Shown: positions 61,140-62,480 of the stretch, piece by piece | Numbering within the stretch: position 1 is the first letter of the stretch | Layout: the number at the start of each line of letters is the position of its first letter | Assembly (NCBI GenBank): GCA_050742335.1 | Contig: JBOGIR010000122.1 | Location: forward strand, 1-62,480 | DNA length: 62,480 nucleotides | Origin: Vicinamibacterales bacterium | Lineage (GTDB): Bacteria > Acidobacteriota > Vicinamibacteria > Vicinamibacterales > UBA2999 | Direction of reading: 5' to 3' | Position numbers and translations under genes: made by a program | Notes under the pieces: model-generated | What the model saw: only the letters and a program-made list of their open reading frames with translations | Databases searched by the model: none | Told to the model about the DNA's origin: nothing

Positions 61140-62081
61140 GTGACCGTGCGCAACCAGTTCTCCGGATGGATCATCCCGCTGGCGCTCGTTGCGGGGCTCA
61201 TGTCGCTGCCGCAGGTACCAGTCGCCGCCCAGCGCCCGTATTACGTGACGCCCCCGCCGGGCTCGGGCCCGACCCCGATGGCGCCGTACGGGCAGTCGGG
61301 CGGCTGTTCCGAGGACCCCGCGATCTTCCACAAGTGCGCGCTGGATGCGGCAAAGGCCTTTTCCCCGCCGCGCACGCCCGACGGCCGGCCCAACTTCCAG
61401 GGTTTCTGGAACCGTATCGTCGCCCGCAACGCGGAAAACGTCGAGGAGCATCCCCAGGGGATGGACGGGTCGGGCGGAAAGACCCTGATCGTCGATCCCC
61501 CGAACGGCCGGATTCCGTACCAGGCATGGGCCGCGGCGAAGGTGGAGACGCACTTCGCGACCTACTGGAATCCGGTCCAGCAGTGCATGCCGGACTCGCC
61601 GCCGAGGCAGGCGTACACCGCCGGCAGCTTTCAGATCGTGCAGACGCCCGGCAACGTGTTCTTCATGACGGAACAACTCCGCACCTACCGCGCGATCCCG
61701 ACCGACGGGCGGCCGCATCTCCCCGCATCCATTCGCCTCCACATGGGCGACTCGCGGGGCCGCTGGGAGGGAGACACACTCGTCGTCGACGTGACGAACC
61801 TGAAGGACCGGGTGTGGCTCGACCACGTAGGCAACTTCTACAGCGAGTCGGTCCACATCGTCGAACGCTGGACGATGTTTCATCAGGACGTCATCCACTA
61901 TCAGGCGACCATTGACGATCCGAAGGTCTACACGCGCCCCTGGACGATGATGTTGGGATGGCGGCGCAACACCCAGCCGGGATTCGAGACGTTCGAGAGC
62001 GCGTGCTGGGAAGGCGTGCAGGGCGGCCAGGAGCGGCTCCAGAACGAGCTCAAGATCTACACGGGCGCGTTCTCCAAGTGA
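61140..62081 (+). CDS. secreted protein, uncharacterised paralog family (copy C2)
   Basis: Shows 'RTPDGRPNFQGFW', 'IPYQAWA', 'QCMPDSPPR', 'IPTDGRPH', 'HMGDSRGRWEGDTLVVDVTNLKDRVWLD' and 'DDPKVYTRPWT'. I placed the start at GTG 61140 (or 61146) after GAAGGAGA; the track ATG at 61098 lies inside repeat R2. Confidence 0.8.
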   Translation: MTVRNQFSGWIIPLALVAGLMSLPQVPVAAQRPYYVTPPPGSGPTPMAPYGQSGGCSEDPAIFHKCALDAAKAFSPPRTPDGRPNFQGFWNRIVARNAENVEEHPQGMDGSGGKTLIVDPPNGRIPYQAWAAAKVETHFATYWNPVQQCMPDSPPRQAYTAGSFQIVQTPGNVFFMTEQLRTYRAIPTDGRPHLPASIRLHMGDSRGRWEGDTLVVDVTNLKDRVWLDHVGNFYSESVHIVERWTMFHQDVIHYQATIDDPKVYTRPWTMMLGWRRNTQPGFETFESACWEGVQGGQERLQNELKIYTGAFSK

Positions 62082-62255
62082 CGCTCGAATAGCGCCGCGG
62101 CAACAAGTCTCACGACGACACACCGGGGACTTTTTTCGTGCGGCGGGGAAAATTTCGCGCGTATCCACGATGCCGTGTCGCGGCGTGGACTTCAATCGCC
62201 TGACAAACCGACACCTTTGCACCGCCAGTCTCTCGGGCATCGTACTTGCCACATG

Positions 62256-62315
62256 GGACCGCTATACGGCTCCCAACGCGAATTCGTACTCGTTGTGAAT
62301 CCCGTATAGCGGTCC
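62256..62315. repeat. ~60-bp palindromic element, copy P3
   Basis: GGACCGCTATACGGCTCCCAACGCGAATTCGTACTCGTTGTGAATCCCGTATAGCGGTCC. Confidence 0.85.
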
Positions 62316-62407
62316 CAGGCGCGCGGAGCGCGCCAAGAAGACGCTGCTAGCCACCCAAGGGCATCCTCGACCGGGGGATATCAAGAGCGAGCCCTTGGCT
62401 GGTTTCA

Positions 62408-62480
62408 TCACCCGCGCGACAGGACGGCACCGACCATCGTGATCAACGCGGTGACGATGATGCCGACCAGCCAGACGAAC
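62408..62480 (-). CDS. 3' end of a gene running off the window (C-terminal TM segment ...FVWLVGIIVTALITMVGAVLSRG*)
   Basis: Open frame from the window edge to TGA at 62408-62410. The peptide is hydrophobic. Too short to classify. Confidence 0.3.
   Translation of the reverse strand, partial: FVWLVGIIVTALITMVGAVLSRG

Noticed and set aside
62100-62145. T6 run (GGGGACTTTTTTCG) after the C2 stop as a rho-independent terminator.
   Set aside because: I could not find a convincing GC-rich stem immediately preceding the T-run; only 4-5-bp imperfect pairings are available.

Overview
This is a GC-rich bacterial chromosomal segment. Gene content looks Acidobacteriota-like (Ser/Thr kinase-TolB fusions, CarboxypepD_reg-type TonB receptors), but that is inference; no rRNA or tRNA is present to anchor taxonomy. 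I support about 55 protein-coding genes, and I saw no CRISPR array, tRNA, rRNA, transposase or integrase. Recognisable functions:
- an egtB-egtD ergothioneine pair behind an MFS gene
- an M3 peptidase (Dcp-like)
- two TA modules (TumE-like/HTH and VapC/Phd-type)
- an Arch_ATPase/DUF234-type ATPase
- two Ser/Thr kinases plus a kinase relic
- two MBL-fold hydrolases, an amidohydrolase, an alpha/beta hydrolase and a polysaccharide deacetylase
- a heme-c beta-propeller protein plus a cytochrome c
- a TonB-dependent receptor, a PAS histidine kinase and a GH63-like glycosidase

The dominant, unexplained signal is one uncharacterised secreted protein family present in 12 copies:
- two tandem copies at 6.5-8.3 kb
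- a six-gene tandem array at 11.8-18.4 kb, with an extra DUF3471-like C-terminal domain and one frameshifted copy
- copies at 29.1, 30.6, 58.6 and 61.1 kb

Two of the copies are directly preceded by a small secreted protein whose predicted mature N-terminus is His-His (DUF6152-like).

The intergenic space is also saturated with unusual hairpin repeats:
- hairpins whose arms are built from tandem 7-8-mers (several unit sequences, one shared architecture)
- a 3-copy ~60-bp palindromic element
- a 2-copy ~175-bp low-GC MITE-like element that brackets a truncated kinase gene

Many long ORFs in the track are antisense or out-of-frame artefacts of high GC content and were not called.
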